Virus record (IMG/VR): IMGVR_UViG_3300033066_000804
Location: 404-64,403 of that record
Length of the DNA stretch: 64,000 nt
DNA from: a virus
Lineage: Duplodnaviria; Caudoviricetes
Strand: one strand, 5' to 3'
The notes beneath the pieces are model-generated. The model saw only the letters and a program-made list of their open reading frames with translations. It was not told where the DNA came from and did no database searches. Shown here in pieces: positions 1 through 9,379 of this stretch. Position 1 is the first letter of the stretch. Each line of letters begins with the position of its first letter. The position numbers and the translations under genes are program-made.

Positions 1-13
1 TCGGGCGCGGATC

Positions 14-29
14 GTCGTGACATTACCTT
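14..29 (+). promoter_or_regulatory. Candidate late promoter upstream of portal
   Basis: GTCGTGA-cat-TACCTT; the same motif recurs before other late genes. Confidence 0.5.
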
Positions 30-58
30 GAAGGTAATTCCTCACTGGCTGCCCGCCC

Positions 59-1783
59 ATGTCCGACTCAATTTCGACGGCTTTTTCCGACTTCGCTCCC
101 GCAGACGAACGCGCCGATGCTCAGGGTGCGTTACAGCAGGCTCATATGCCGACCGCCTCTGACCTGCTGCCGTCCCCTGCTGTGCAGGAGTTGATCGACC
201 ATATCCAGGATCAGTACGCGGAGCAGCAACTTATCAAGTCGGCCCGGATTTATCCTTTTCCTGGCCGGCCAGAAAAGCCTATTGGTATGCAGTCCGTGTA
301 CCTGGACGGCTTGCAGGTGTTCGCCAGGGGGGACTATTTCGAACGCCCCAATCCGGTCGGATTCGAGATGCTCCGCACCATGGTGGAGCAGACGCCGGTC
401 TTGAATGCGATCCTGCTGACCCGGATTCGCCAGGTGCAGCGGTTTGCGGCGCCCCAAGATGGCGGGCGCGGTACGGGCTTTCTGATTACCCATCGTGACC
501 GGCTGCACAAGCTAACCAAGTCAGAAACCGAACAGACCCAACTGCTATCCCGGTTCCTGTCCAACTGCGGCTGGGAATTCAATCCTCGCCAGCGGCGCCG
601 CCTGAAGCGCGACACGCTCTCCCAATTCCTGGCTAAGATTGTTCGTGAGTCGCTGACCTACGACGCGGCGGCCATCGAAACTGAATCCAAGCGGGACAAG
701 AAGAAGGGGTTCGACGGGTTTTATGCCCTGGACGGCTCCACGATCCGCCTCTGCACGGACGAGGTCTACCGGGGCGACGACGAGATTTTCGCGGTGCAGG
801 CGATCCAGGGTCGAGTGGTAACTGCCTACACCCACGACGACCTGATTTACGAGCCGCGCAACCCTCGGGCGGATGTCCGCCTGGCGGGGTATGGCCTAGG
901 TGAAACGGAACTGCTGGTCAAAGTGGTGACCGGATTCCTAAACGCGATGACCTACAATTCCAAGGGGTTTGACGACAACACGATCCCCAAGGGTATTCTG
1001 CACCTGACGGGCGAATACGATGGGCGCGACCTGGCGGCCTTCCGCCGGTACTGGAACGCCATGGTCAAGGGCATCAACAATGCCTGGACCCTGCCGGTGA
1101 TGGTCTCCAAGGATTCAGACTCTAAAGCCACCTTCGAGCGAATCGACGCCGGGTTCGATGAGATGCACTTCTCGAAATGGATGACGTTCCTAGTGAGCAT
1201 CATCTGCGCGATTTACGGCATGTCGCCTGCGGAAATCAATTTCGACAGCTTCACGGCTGGCAACACCTCGGCCCTGTCCGGATCCGACACCAGCGAAAAG
1301 CTCGCGTCGTCCAAGGATTCGGGTTTGCGCCCTCTCATGGCCTATCTGGAGTCCCTGCTATCCGATTACTTGGTGGCGGACTTCTCCGACTCTCTGGTGT
1401 TTCGCTGGACTGGCCTGGACGGCGAGGACGAGGCGCAACGGCTAGAGATTCGGAAAACCATCCTGACGCTGAACGAAATGCGGTCGGAGGAAGGATATGA
1501 CCCTCTCAAGGATCCGATTGGCGACGCACCGCTGAATCCGTCCCTGATTGGACCCTGGGTCCAAATGCAGCAGCCCGCTGAGGGCGAGGAGATGGGGCCA
1601 GGGGGAGAGCCGGAAGGGGGAGAAGAAGCGCCGACCCCGGAACAAGAAGGCATGGACGAAGCGGGTGATGACAAGGAGGATCCCGCCGAGCCTGACGTGC
1701 CGAGCATTGACCCAGAAACGCTCATGCCGATCACCAAATCCTTTGGTGCGGTGGTTCCTGACATTTGGAGGATCGTCGGATGA
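59..1783 (+). CDS. Portal protein
   Basis: 574 aa, first gene of the head cluster; portal-like motifs GLGETE, NGTIPKG-like NTIPKG and LNEMR; acidic C-terminal tail. Confidence 0.85.
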   Translation: MSDSISTAFSDFAPADERADAQGALQQAHMPTASDLLPSPAVQELIDHIQDQYAEQQLIKSARIYPFPGRPEKPIGMQSVYLDGLQVFARGDYFERPNPVGFEMLRTMVEQTPVLNAILLTRIRQVQRFAAPQDGGRGTGFLITHRDRLHKLTKSETEQTQLLSRFLSNCGWEFNPRQRRRLKRDTLSQFLAKIVRESLTYDAAAIETESKRDKKKGFDGFYALDGSTIRLCTDEVYRGDDEIFAVQAIQGRVVTAYTHDDLIYEPRNPRADVRLAGYGLGETELLVKVVTGFLNAMTYNSKGFDDNTIPKGILHLTGEYDGRDLAAFRRYWNAMVKGINNAWTLPVMVSKDSDSKATFERIDAGFDEMHFSKWMTFLVSIICAIYGMSPAEINFDSFTAGNTSALSGSDTSEKLASSKDSGLRPLMAYLESLLSDYLVADFSDSLVFRWTGLDGEDEAQRLEIRKTILTLNEMRSEEGYDPLKDPIGDAPLNPSLIGPWVQMQQPAEGEEMGPGGEPEGGEEAPTPEQEGMDEAGDDKEDPAEPDVPSIDPETLMPITKSFGAVVPDIWRIVG

Positions 1784-2205
1784 GTCGCAGCTTCTCGGTG
1801 TTGGTTTTCCTGCTGCTGTCGTTCGCTTGCTGGCCTGAGCAACAAGGCCTCGCCGTTGTAGAGTCCGTCGTATCGGTTCATGACGGAGATACCTTCTCGG
1901 CCAATATCGCCGGATGGCCCCCAGTAGCGGGTTATCGGATCGGCGTCCGGGTGGCGGGGGTCGATACGCCGGAGATGATCGGATCCTGCCCGTGCGAAAC
2001 CGCCATGGCAAAGGATGCGAGAACCTTTACCTTGAACAAGCTTCGCCAAGCATCGGAAGTGCGGTTGGTCAATATCCGCCGGGACAAGTACTTTCGGATC
2101 CTGGCAGACGTTTGGATTGATGGGGAAAGCCTGGCTCAGGAATTGATCAACGAAGGCTATGCCCGGCCCTATGCAGGTGGGAAAAAGCAGGGTTGGTGCC
2201 CATGA
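1780..2205 (+). CDS. Staphylococcal nuclease (SNase/thermonuclease) family protein with signal peptide
   Basis: VHDGDTF, VRVAGVDTPE, DKYFRILADV, ELINEGYA motifs; hydrophobic N-terminus; ATG overlaps the portal stop (ATGA). Confidence 0.9.
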   Translation: MSRSFSVLVFLLLSFACWPEQQGLAVVESVVSVHDGDTFSANIAGWPPVAGYRIGVRVAGVDTPEMIGSCPCETAMAKDARTFTLNKLRQASEVRLVNIRRDKYFRILADVWIDGESLAQELINEGYARPYAGGKKQGWCP

Positions 2206-3338
2206 GCCTGATCGATCTGGCTGGTGTGCCGCCCTGCGCCTGCAATCACGGATTGGAGGAACTGCACAAGGCGCTATCGGAAGGCCCGGACTTGTCCATC
2301 TGGCGCCCCCACGACAACCCATGGCTGACTGAGATTTGCGAGGAATTCACCCGGCGCGGTCAGGATCGGCTATCCGGCATCCAAGCGGGTCTTTTCCTGG
2401 CCCTAGGGATGGCCGACCAGGAGATGGTGCTACGGAAGGCGGAACTCCCTCCGGGGGAATCGGAAGGACTCAAAGCTAGGCTGCAAAAGCCGCTGGGAGA
2501 ATACACCCCTGCCGACTGGACGCACCTAGTCCAGACGTTGGTTCGCTCCCACATGCACCCAGAAGACCTACAGGCGCAAGCGGATTGGCTGTCGTTCCGC
2601 GCTTTTTTGGCCGGTCGGGTGGCCGCGTTGTCGGATCAGTTTCCCGACTGGAAACCCGTGCAATCCCTGTTGACCCTGGTCACTCGGCCCGACCAGGGGA
2701 CCGCCCCGCCGCTGTCCATGAGTATGTACCGCGCCTGGGACTGGGCCAGGGACCGAATCGGCATGTTCCTAACCCACATGAAGGAAACCACCGAGTTTCG
2801 GATCCGTGACGCGGTTTCTGCCCACATCCAGCAGCACGGACTATCAAGCCGCGCCAAGCTGCAATCGACCCTGCTGGATACGTTCGGGTCCCTGAACCGG
2901 GATTGGCGCCGGATCGCCATTACCGAGGCGGGCGAGGTGGCCAACCAGGCTTACCTGGGTGAGCTTAAATCCGGCACCCAGGTGCGTCGGATTGAGCATT
3001 ATGTCGGGGCTTGCCCATTTTGCGCGATGTTGAACGGCCAGGTTTTTACCTGGTCGGATCGCCCCCTCAACGACTCGTTTGGCTGGACCCATGTCTGGCC
3101 CGGAAAAACCAACGTGGGTCGGTCCATGTCGGCCCGCAAGCAGACTGAAGGCGGCCTAGTGGAGCGCACCGAATCAGAACTCTGGTGGCCTGCCGCCGGT
3201 GTACAGCATCCCCACTGTCGCGGGCGCTGGGAGGCTATTCCGGACCCCAAGGCGCCCCCTGGCGTGGACCAAGCCTTCCATGACTGGGTGAAGAGCGAAT
3301 TGGATAACGTCAAGCTCCCGACCCCTCGCAGTGGTTGA
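2202..3338 (+). CDS. Head morphogenesis protein (SPP1 gp7/Mu F-like)
   Basis: RIAITEAGE, ACPFC and QHPHCRG motifs; position after portal. Confidence 0.75.
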   Translation: MSLIDLAGVPPCACNHGLEELHKALSEGPDLSIWRPHDNPWLTEICEEFTRRGQDRLSGIQAGLFLALGMADQEMVLRKAELPPGESEGLKARLQKPLGEYTPADWTHLVQTLVRSHMHPEDLQAQADWLSFRAFLAGRVAALSDQFPDWKPVQSLLTLVTRPDQGTAPPLSMSMYRAWDWARDRIGMFLTHMKETTEFRIRDAVSAHIQQHGLSSRAKLQSTLLDTFGSLNRDWRRIAITEAGEVANQAYLGELKSGTQVRRIEHYVGACPFCAMLNGQVFTWSDRPLNDSFGWTHVWPGKTNVGRSMSARKQTEGGLVERTESELWWPAAGVQHPHCRGRWEAIPDPKAPPGVDQAFHDWVKSELDNVKLPTPRSG

Positions 3339-3354
3339 TTGGTTCCCTCTTTTC

Positions 3355-3370
3355 GTCGTGACGGCATAGT
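3355..3370 (+). promoter_or_regulatory. Candidate late promoter
   Basis: GTCGTGA-cgg-CATAGT in an intergenic gap. Confidence 0.55.
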
Positions 3371-3399
3371 TCGTTCATTCACCCTAATGAGCGCACCTT

Positions 3400-3768
3400 A
3401 TGCCTGTCTCCTATCAGCTATCCGCGCCTGAGAGTTACCGGCTCGCCACGGCTCCTGACCTTGCCCGCACCTGCAACGGTTGCGGCACCAAAGGTCTAGG
3501 CGGCTGGCTGGTTCCGGACACCCTGTTTGGCCTGGACATCGGCGAAGCCTGCGACATCCACGACTGGCGGTATGCCGAGGGGAAGACCTGGACGGACAAG
3601 GAGGTGGCCGACCGGGAATTCCTGGCCAACATGCTAACCATCATCCGAGCCGAAACCGGCCTTATTGCTGCATTGCTCAAGCCGTTTCGTCTGCATAGGG
3701 CTAATGCCTACTTCAACGCCGTTCGAGTTTTTGGCCGTGCCGCCTACGCCAAGGGAAAAAACCTATGA
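3400..3768 (+). CDS. Phospholipase A2-like / DUF1353-like protein
   Basis: CNGCG and ACDIHDWRY (C-x-x-H-D-x-x-Y), then ADREF. Confidence 0.55.
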   Translation: MPVSYQLSAPESYRLATAPDLARTCNGCGTKGLGGWLVPDTLFGLDIGEACDIHDWRYAEGKTWTDKEVADREFLANMLTIIRAETGLIAALLKPFRLHRANAYFNAVRVFGRAAYAKGKNL

Positions 3769-4274
3769 AAATTTTGCTGCCTCTGCTGTCCCTGTTGATT
3801 AGCGCTTGCTCTGCCCAGGACGTGGTGACCGGAGCCCAGATCTCTACTGACCTGGCCGTAGCCCAATCGTCCTATGCCGAAACTCGGGCATCGGTGGAGC
3901 GTCGCCTAGCCTCCCTGTCGGAGGAAAAGGCTGCCGAGGTGCGGGTGTTGCTGGCGGATGCGGACAGCCTGAAAGCGTCCATTGAATCAATTTGGAACGA
4001 CAAGCTGATTCCAACGGCGGCTGATGTGGTGGTTCTGTACCAGTCTGGCGTTGTGCTGTATGCCAGGGGGACCGCCCTGGTGGCGCCTCTGATGTCGGCC
4101 ATGCCCATCGCCGACCAGATCCGGGTCCGTCGGTTCGGCGAAACCATGCAATCCCTCGGCGAGCATTACCAAGCTTGGCAGGCGAGACCAACCGCACAGT
4201 CTCAATCCGCCTTCCTCTCTAGGGGGTTGGAACTCGCCAAGATGGCCGTGCAGATCGGAATGGTCGTGCTGTGA
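3765..4274 (+). CDS. Lipoprotein, possibly lysis-related
   Basis: Signal peptide ending in lipobox LISA-C; helical body. Confidence 0.6.
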   Translation: MKILLPLLSLLISACSAQDVVTGAQISTDLAVAQSSYAETRASVERRLASLSEEKAAEVRVLLADADSLKASIESIWNDKLIPTAADVVVLYQSGVVLYARGTALVAPLMSAMPIADQIRVRRFGETMQSLGEHYQAWQARPTAQSQSAFLSRGLELAKMAVQIGMVVL

Positions 4275-4346
4275 GGGAGGCTCCGCAATGTCGAGCCACG
4301 TTCAGGTTTTAAGTGCTGGCATCTGCTTTAGGAATGTGGTGCGACA

Positions 4347-4730
4347 ATGCAAAATGAGAACAATCTTCACGATCTGACTGAGCGCATGGCGATCCTGGAG
4401 CAAGACCTATCTTCTCAAAAAGCTCGCCTGGCAAAGATGGAGGAGGCAGTGACAGAAATGATCCGCGAGGTGCGGGGAGACTTCCGGGCGGCTGTTGCTC
4501 AGATGCAGCATTCGCTAGGCCAAGTCCAGACCACGGTGACCCACGAAATTCAGTCCATCATGGCTCGCCACGAATTGGCCGAACGTGTGCATTGGGACAG
4601 TATCGAGCAGGCACGCATGGACCGCGCCGACGACGAACGCCGGTACAAGACCAACACCTATGTAAGCCTGGCCGGAGTATTCGTCGCCCTGGTCGCCATT
4701 CTCGCCACTCTGTGGGTTGGCCGTGGCTAG
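4347..4730 (+). CDS. Coiled-coil protein with C-terminal TM helix (holin/hemolysin XhlA-like)
   Basis: Heptad-rich N-terminal part and hydrophobic YVSLAGVFVALVAILATLWV. Confidence 0.5.
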   Translation: MQNENNLHDLTERMAILEQDLSSQKARLAKMEEAVTEMIREVRGDFRAAVAQMQHSLGQVQTTVTHEIQSIMARHELAERVHWDSIEQARMDRADDERRYKTNTYVSLAGVFVALVAILATLWVGRG

Positions 4731-4971
4731 AGTCATGGTCGCCATCAATGCCTGCCTGGCCCTGGTGATCGTGGGCTATCTATTTTGGTCGGCTCCGTCC
4801 CTGCGCCAACAGGCCAGGGACGAAAAGCTCGCGGTCGAACAGGCCAAGCAAGGCGCACGGTTCACGGCGGACGATGGGCGCCAACTCTGCTGGGCAGTCG
4901 CTACGGCCCACCCGGAGATTATCCCCATGCTCCCGCCGGTGTGCCTGCTGGGCATTTCGTCGGCCCCCTAG
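4717..4971 (+). CDS. Small membrane protein
   Basis: N-terminal TM helix; overlaps the preceding gene. Confidence 0.5.
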   Translation: MAVARVMVAINACLALVIVGYLFWSAPSLRQQARDEKLAVEQAKQGARFTADDGRQLCWAVATAHPEIIPMLPPVCLLGISSAP

Positions 4972-4974
4972 GCT

Positions 4975-4990
4975 GTCGTGACGCCACGAT
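4975..4990 (+). promoter_or_regulatory. Candidate late promoter (leaderless)
   Basis: GTCGTGA-cgc-CACGAT, then 6 nt to ATG 4997; no Shine-Dalgarno. Confidence 0.65.
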
Positions 4991-4996
4991 TCCGGC

Positions 4997-5878
4997 ATGG
5001 AAACGCACACCTCCCTCCTGTCAATCACGGGATTTTTTAAAGCCGAGGCTGCCCAAGAGGGCGCCATGCGCGTCCTGTACATGCAGGCGTCCGACGAGTC
5101 CACGGACTTGCAGGGCGAGCGGTTGCTGGCGAAGTCCCTTCAGGATAGCTCCGAGCATTTCCTGCGGTACGGGAATATCGACCTGGACCATCGGTCCATT
5201 CTGCCCCCGCGCGTCCCGAACGAATCCACCTATCTGTGGGAAATCGGGCATCCGGTAGATGTTTCGTTCGTCAACGACCGGACCTTGGTCAAGGCGGTCC
5301 TGTATTCCGGCGACGGGCCTATGGCCCAAAACGCCAACATGGTCTGGGACTCACTGACCAACGTGGCGCCCCCGGTGCGCTGGTATCCCTCGGTCGGCGG
5401 CGCAGTGCTGCCGGGCGGCAAGGAAACCGCCATCGACCCGGTGACCAAGGCCAAGGTGAGCCTCATTAAGTCGGTTCGCTGGTCAAACATCGGCCTATCT
5501 CGCACCCCCGTCAATGTCTCGGTGCCCTCGGTATCGGTGATTGGCGCGGACGTTTTCGCTAAATGCCTAACCCTTGATGGGCATTTCGACCTTGCTAAAG
5601 CACTGGAAGCCGGGACCGGGACGGATATGTCCGCCCTGACCGGCGGCGCCGCCCTGGCCTGGCAATCCCTGGACCCGCACGTCCAAGCGACCTTGCCGGC
5701 CTATTCCGATGTCCGGGAAGCCTTGGCGCGGCATGTCCGCGCGAATCCTGGTGGATCTCTATCTCTGGCCAGCCTAACGGCCGAGGTGGTTCGTGTGTTC
5801 GGTGTGCCGGCGGATCCTGCGGAGAGCCTGGTACGAAAATTCTTGATAAACCTGAAATCTTCGCGGAGGAATCCATGA
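4997..5878 (+). CDS. Prohead maturation protease
   Basis: ASDESTDLQGE, GNIDLDH, PSVGG and LSRTPVN motifs; position before scaffold and capsid. Confidence 0.8.
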   Translation: METHTSLLSITGFFKAEAAQEGAMRVLYMQASDESTDLQGERLLAKSLQDSSEHFLRYGNIDLDHRSILPPRVPNESTYLWEIGHPVDVSFVNDRTLVKAVLYSGDGPMAQNANMVWDSLTNVAPPVRWYPSVGGAVLPGGKETAIDPVTKAKVSLIKSVRWSNIGLSRTPVNVSVPSVSVIGADVFAKCLTLDGHFDLAKALEAGTGTDMSALTGGAALAWQSLDPHVQATLPAYSDVREALARHVRANPGGSLSLASLTAEVVRVFGVPADPAESLVRKFLINLKSSRRNP

Positions 5879-6519
5879 GCGAATTCGATAAGTTGCTGGC
5901 GGAATTGGACGAGCTTTCCTTGGCGAAGTCTCAGACCGGCCAGATGGAAATGTTCGGTAAAGCGGACAAGCCCAGCGCCCAGAAGGGCGACGAGGACGAG
6001 GATGACGACGACGCCTGGGACAAGTTTGCCGAGGACGAGGACGAGGACGACGACGACGAGGACGAGGACGAAAAGCCCATGGGCAAGTCGTTCTCTGTGA
6101 CCCTGCCGGGCGGCGAAGAAGTCGAAGCCCTGGACGGCACCCTGCTGGTCAAGGCGCTCCGGGACGACCTGCTGTCCTCCCAGGGCGAGGTTCGTACCTC
6201 GCTGAATCAGATCGGCGAAGTCCTGACGCGCACCACCGCGATGCTCAAGTCTTTAGCTGGCGACAACGCTGCCCTGCGCGCCGAAATGGATGCGCTGGCG
6301 TCTGCCGGCCGGGGTCGCAAGTCCGCCCTGTCCGTGCATGAAAAGCCCGCGACGACTGTGGCGCCTACCCAAGTGGTCCCCTCGCGCAAGGAGATCCTGG
6401 CAAAAGCCATGGATGCCATGAACGCGGGCCGGATCTCCGGTTACGAGGTGGCCCTAGCCGAGGGCTGCCTGAATCGCGGACAAGCGATCCCGGAAGCCTT
6501 GGCGGCCCGGATCGGCTAA
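5875..6519 (+). CDS. Scaffolding protein
   Basis: Acidic D/E tract, helical, several K-S/K-A sites; lies between protease and capsid. Confidence 0.65.
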   Translation: MSEFDKLLAELDELSLAKSQTGQMEMFGKADKPSAQKGDEDEDDDDAWDKFAEDEDEDDDDEDEDEKPMGKSFSVTLPGGEEVEALDGTLLVKALRDDLLSSQGEVRTSLNQIGEVLTRTTAMLKSLAGDNAALRAEMDALASAGRGRKSALSVHEKPATTVAPTQVVPSRKEILAKAMDAMNAGRISGYEVALAEGCLNRGQAIPEALAARIG

Positions 6520-6549
6520 GAATTTTTTACTTTTTTCGGAGTTTCGAGC

Positions 6550-8004
6550 ATGTTTAATCTTAGCGAAGTGAATGCCGCATCCGGTGTCGGCGGCGGCATC
6601 CTGCCCATGCAGATGGGTGACCTGGAAGCCCTGCGGAAATCCTTGGATGCTGGCACCGCGACCGATGTGGCCACCTTTACCGGCGGTCAGGCCCTGTCCA
6701 TCCAAAGCCTGGACCATACCCTTCAGGCCACCCTGGCGGACAACAAAGAATTTAAGTTGTTCAACGCCCTGGCCAAAATGCCCGCTGGTAACACGGTGGA
6801 CGAGTGGACCGAGGCGACCAGTCAAGGCGGGTTCCCCGGTTCCTCGGCCAACACCCAGACCGGCACCATTGCGAGCGCGCAGGGCACCTATGCCCGGCGT
6901 ACCGCCCTGGTCAAGTTCCTCATGACCCAGTGTCAGGTGTCCTTTGCCCAGTCCCTGGTCGATACCATCGTCCAGTCCGAGGCCCAGGAAAACCAGATGG
7001 GCACCCTGCGCTTGCTGCGGGACGTGGAGCATCTGTCCTTCTATGGCGACTCCGATGTGGTCCCCACCGAGTTCGACGGCATCGCCAAGCAACTGATTAG
7101 CCTGGGCTCCAGCGATCACATTATCAGTGCTGGCGGCGGCCCGCTGTCTGGCACCGGCTCGACCGGCCTTCAGACCATTGCGTCTGCTGCCGCGACCATC
7201 GGCGGTCTGGGCAACTTCGGCACCCCGACCCACCTGTTCGCCTCCCCGCTGTCTGCCAGCGACCTGGACGTGAACCTGGATCCGGCGTACCGCGTACCGC
7301 TGAACAACGGTGCCGCTGCCAACCTGGGCACTCCGGTTCGTGGCATCGTGACCGCTCAGGGCGACATCGGCATCGAGCGCGACGTGTTCCTGTTGGATCA
7401 GAACAGCCAGAAGCCGTTTGAGGTGGATTACTCTGCCATCGCTGCCAGCAACGCTACCGCGCCTGTCAGCGTGACCGCTGTAGCCGCTTCCGACAGCGCG
7501 TCCAAGTTCACCACCGGCTGGGATGGCAACTACTACTATGCCGTGGCCGGCGTGACCAACCTCGGCCAGTCCGTGGTAACCAAGTCCATCCAGTACGCGG
7601 TGGCGGTGGGCGACAAGGTCACCCTGACCATTACCGCTAGTGCTGGCGGCACCGAAACCGGCTATGCCATCTACCGTTCCCGCCGGAACGGCACCAACAC
7701 CACCGCCGACTTCCGTCTGGTGGCGCGGGTGGCCAAGGGCGGCGCGACCACGACCTTCGTCGATTACAACGACGACATTCCCGGCACCTCCAAGGCGTTC
7801 CTGCTGAACCTGAATCCTGGGCACACCGCCATTACCTGGCGTCAACTGCTGCCCCTGACCCGGTTCAACTTGTACCCGACCAATGCTGCCGTGATTCCCT
7901 GGGCACTCCTGTTGTTCGGCTATCTGCGGATGACCAAGCGTCGTCATCACGTCATGATCAAGAACATTCTGCCCACCACGGCTACCTGGCTGCCCAAGGG
8001 TTAA
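6550..8004 (+). CDS. Major capsid protein
   Basis: 484 aa, strongly biased codons; N-terminal ALRKS/LDAG...QALSIQSLD resembles SPO1/Twort-type capsid starts (recalled, not aligned). Confidence 0.9.
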   Translation: MFNLSEVNAASGVGGGILPMQMGDLEALRKSLDAGTATDVATFTGGQALSIQSLDHTLQATLADNKEFKLFNALAKMPAGNTVDEWTEATSQGGFPGSSANTQTGTIASAQGTYARRTALVKFLMTQCQVSFAQSLVDTIVQSEAQENQMGTLRLLRDVEHLSFYGDSDVVPTEFDGIAKQLISLGSSDHIISAGGGPLSGTGSTGLQTIASAAATIGGLGNFGTPTHLFASPLSASDLDVNLDPAYRVPLNNGAAANLGTPVRGIVTAQGDIGIERDVFLLDQNSQKPFEVDYSAIAASNATAPVSVTAVAASDSASKFTTGWDGNYYYAVAGVTNLGQSVVTKSIQYAVAVGDKVTLTITASAGGTETGYAIYRSRRNGTNTTADFRLVARVAKGGATTTFVDYNDDIPGTSKAFLLNLNPGHTAITWRQLLPLTRFNLYPTNAAVIPWALLLFGYLRMTKRRHHVMIKNILPTTATWLPKG

Positions 8005-8022
8005 GTTCAGTCATCAGCCCTT

Positions 8023-8051
8023 TGCCCTGGGGCGACTCAGGGCATTTTTTT
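8023..8051 (+). terminator. Intrinsic terminator after capsid gene
   Basis: TGCCCTG-loop-CAGGGCA followed by T7. Confidence 0.7.
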
Positions 8052-8063
8052 GGAGCAGAACGA

Positions 8064-8624
8064 ATGTCTCTTGAATCTCAGTTGAACAGCCTGGCGCCTG
8101 CTGCGAAGCGGGCTTTGCTGGGCACCCAGGTTGCTAACCTGATTACTACCGTCAACGCCCTGGTGGCGGATGTGGCGGCGATCTTTGGCAAGAACCAATT
8201 TGTGATTTCCGCTACCACCCTGGCCATCAAAGCCGGGTCCTCTGCGGTGGTGAAAAGCTCCGGGGCATTTTCGGCCCTGGCGGCTGGCTCGTACCAGGCC
8301 AAGTCCGCCAATACCGACATGGCCGCCCTGGTAGGCACCCTGGCGACAGCCAAGTCGGCCCTGTGGGCGTTCTACATCGACTCTGCTGGGACCCTATCCA
8401 CCAGCAGCAAGACGGCGGATGCCGCCAATGCGGCGGCGGCTCTGGCCTTGAAGCCGACGATCCCGGACAACAAGGTGGAACTGGGTTACATCATCGTAAC
8501 CAACACCAGCGGTGGCAACTTTATCGGCGGCACCACCGCACTCGATGCGGCTGGGATTGCGGTCACCTATGTGAACACCGCAGCCATTGCTCAGACGGCT
8601 GCTGCCTTGACTGCGCTGGGTTAA
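8064..8624 (+). CDS. Probable head decoration/structural protein
   Basis: 186 aa, Ala/Thr-rich, directly after the capsid gene. Confidence 0.5.
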   Translation: MSLESQLNSLAPAAKRALLGTQVANLITTVNALVADVAAIFGKNQFVISATTLAIKAGSSAVVKSSGAFSALAAGSYQAKSANTDMAALVGTLATAKSALWAFYIDSAGTLSTSSKTADAANAAAALALKPTIPDNKVELGYIIVTNTSGGNFIGGTTALDAAGIAVTYVNTAAIAQTAAALTALG

Positions 8625-8627
8625 CCC

Positions 8628-8843
8628 ATGGTCCGTGTGCTTTGCACCCTGCCGAACGCCGGGGACGAGATCTCCGGCGTTCGGTTTGAGTCTTGTCCTG
8701 AAGGCAAGATTTCCGAACCGATTTCTCCGGAAGTCGGCGCGGCTTTTCTGCGGGTCGGCGGTTATCAGGTAGTCCCTGAGCCTCAGCCTGCTGTCGAAAC
8801 CGAACCCCGTCGCCCTCGCGGGCGCCCAGCCAACAGGGAATAA
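8628..8843 (+). CDS. Hypothetical protein
   Basis: Tightly packed ORF in the late operon. Confidence 0.6.
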   Translation: MVRVLCTLPNAGDEISGVRFESCPEGKISEPISPEVGAAFLRVGGYQVVPEPQPAVETEPRRPRGRPANRE

Positions 8844-8846
8844 CCC

Positions 8847-9338
8847 ATGGCCGCAACTTACCAGATCATCGAGAAAAACGGCGCCGGGGGCACCCCGACG
8901 GACAAAACGGCAGGATCGATCCGCTTCAAGAATGCCGATAACGCGCTGGTGGATACCGGCAACCCGATGGTCAAGCCTGCTGCCGGAACGGACTATAGTT
9001 TTGAGAAGTGGCTTCGGCTGAATATTACCGGCGGATCCTATACCGAAATCTCCAATATCAAGATTTATTCTGATGGCGGTAATGGCCTGGGTGCTGGCGT
9101 GACTCTGTACGCCAAGGCGGTAGCTTCCTATGCCACCCCGGCGGAAGCAACCGGAACGGCGGGCTACACCAGCCTGTTTTCCTACACCTCGGGTTCTCCG
9201 CTGAGCCTAGGAGCGGGTCCGTATTCCGGGACCGGCGAGAAGGGCGACCATGCGGTTCTGATGATGGCCATCGACAACACGGTCTCCGGCGGGATCACGC
9301 CGTCAGAGACCATTTCGTTTGGTTGGGATGAAATATAG
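8847..9338 (+). CDS. Virion structural protein (fibre/collar-associated?)
   Basis: Gly/Thr-rich, beta-like 163 aa protein; RBS AGGGA. Confidence 0.55.
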   Translation: MAATYQIIEKNGAGGTPTDKTAGSIRFKNADNALVDTGNPMVKPAAGTDYSFEKWLRLNITGGSYTEISNIKIYSDGGNGLGAGVTLYAKAVASYATPAEATGTAGYTSLFSYTSGSPLSLGAGPYSGTGEKGDHAVLMMAIDNTVSGGITPSETISFGWDEI

Positions 9339-9379
9339 CACCCGTTGTATAATGTCAACTCCTGCATAGGAGGCGGCAA

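Noticed and set aside
5986-6070. GAC/GAG triplet repeat
   Set aside because: Encodes the scaffold's acidic tract.
6454-7950. Long antisense ORFs (also 20268-21905, 33135-34226, 1366-2322, 39896-40828)
   Set aside because: Shadow frames of GC-biased real genes; no family motifs.
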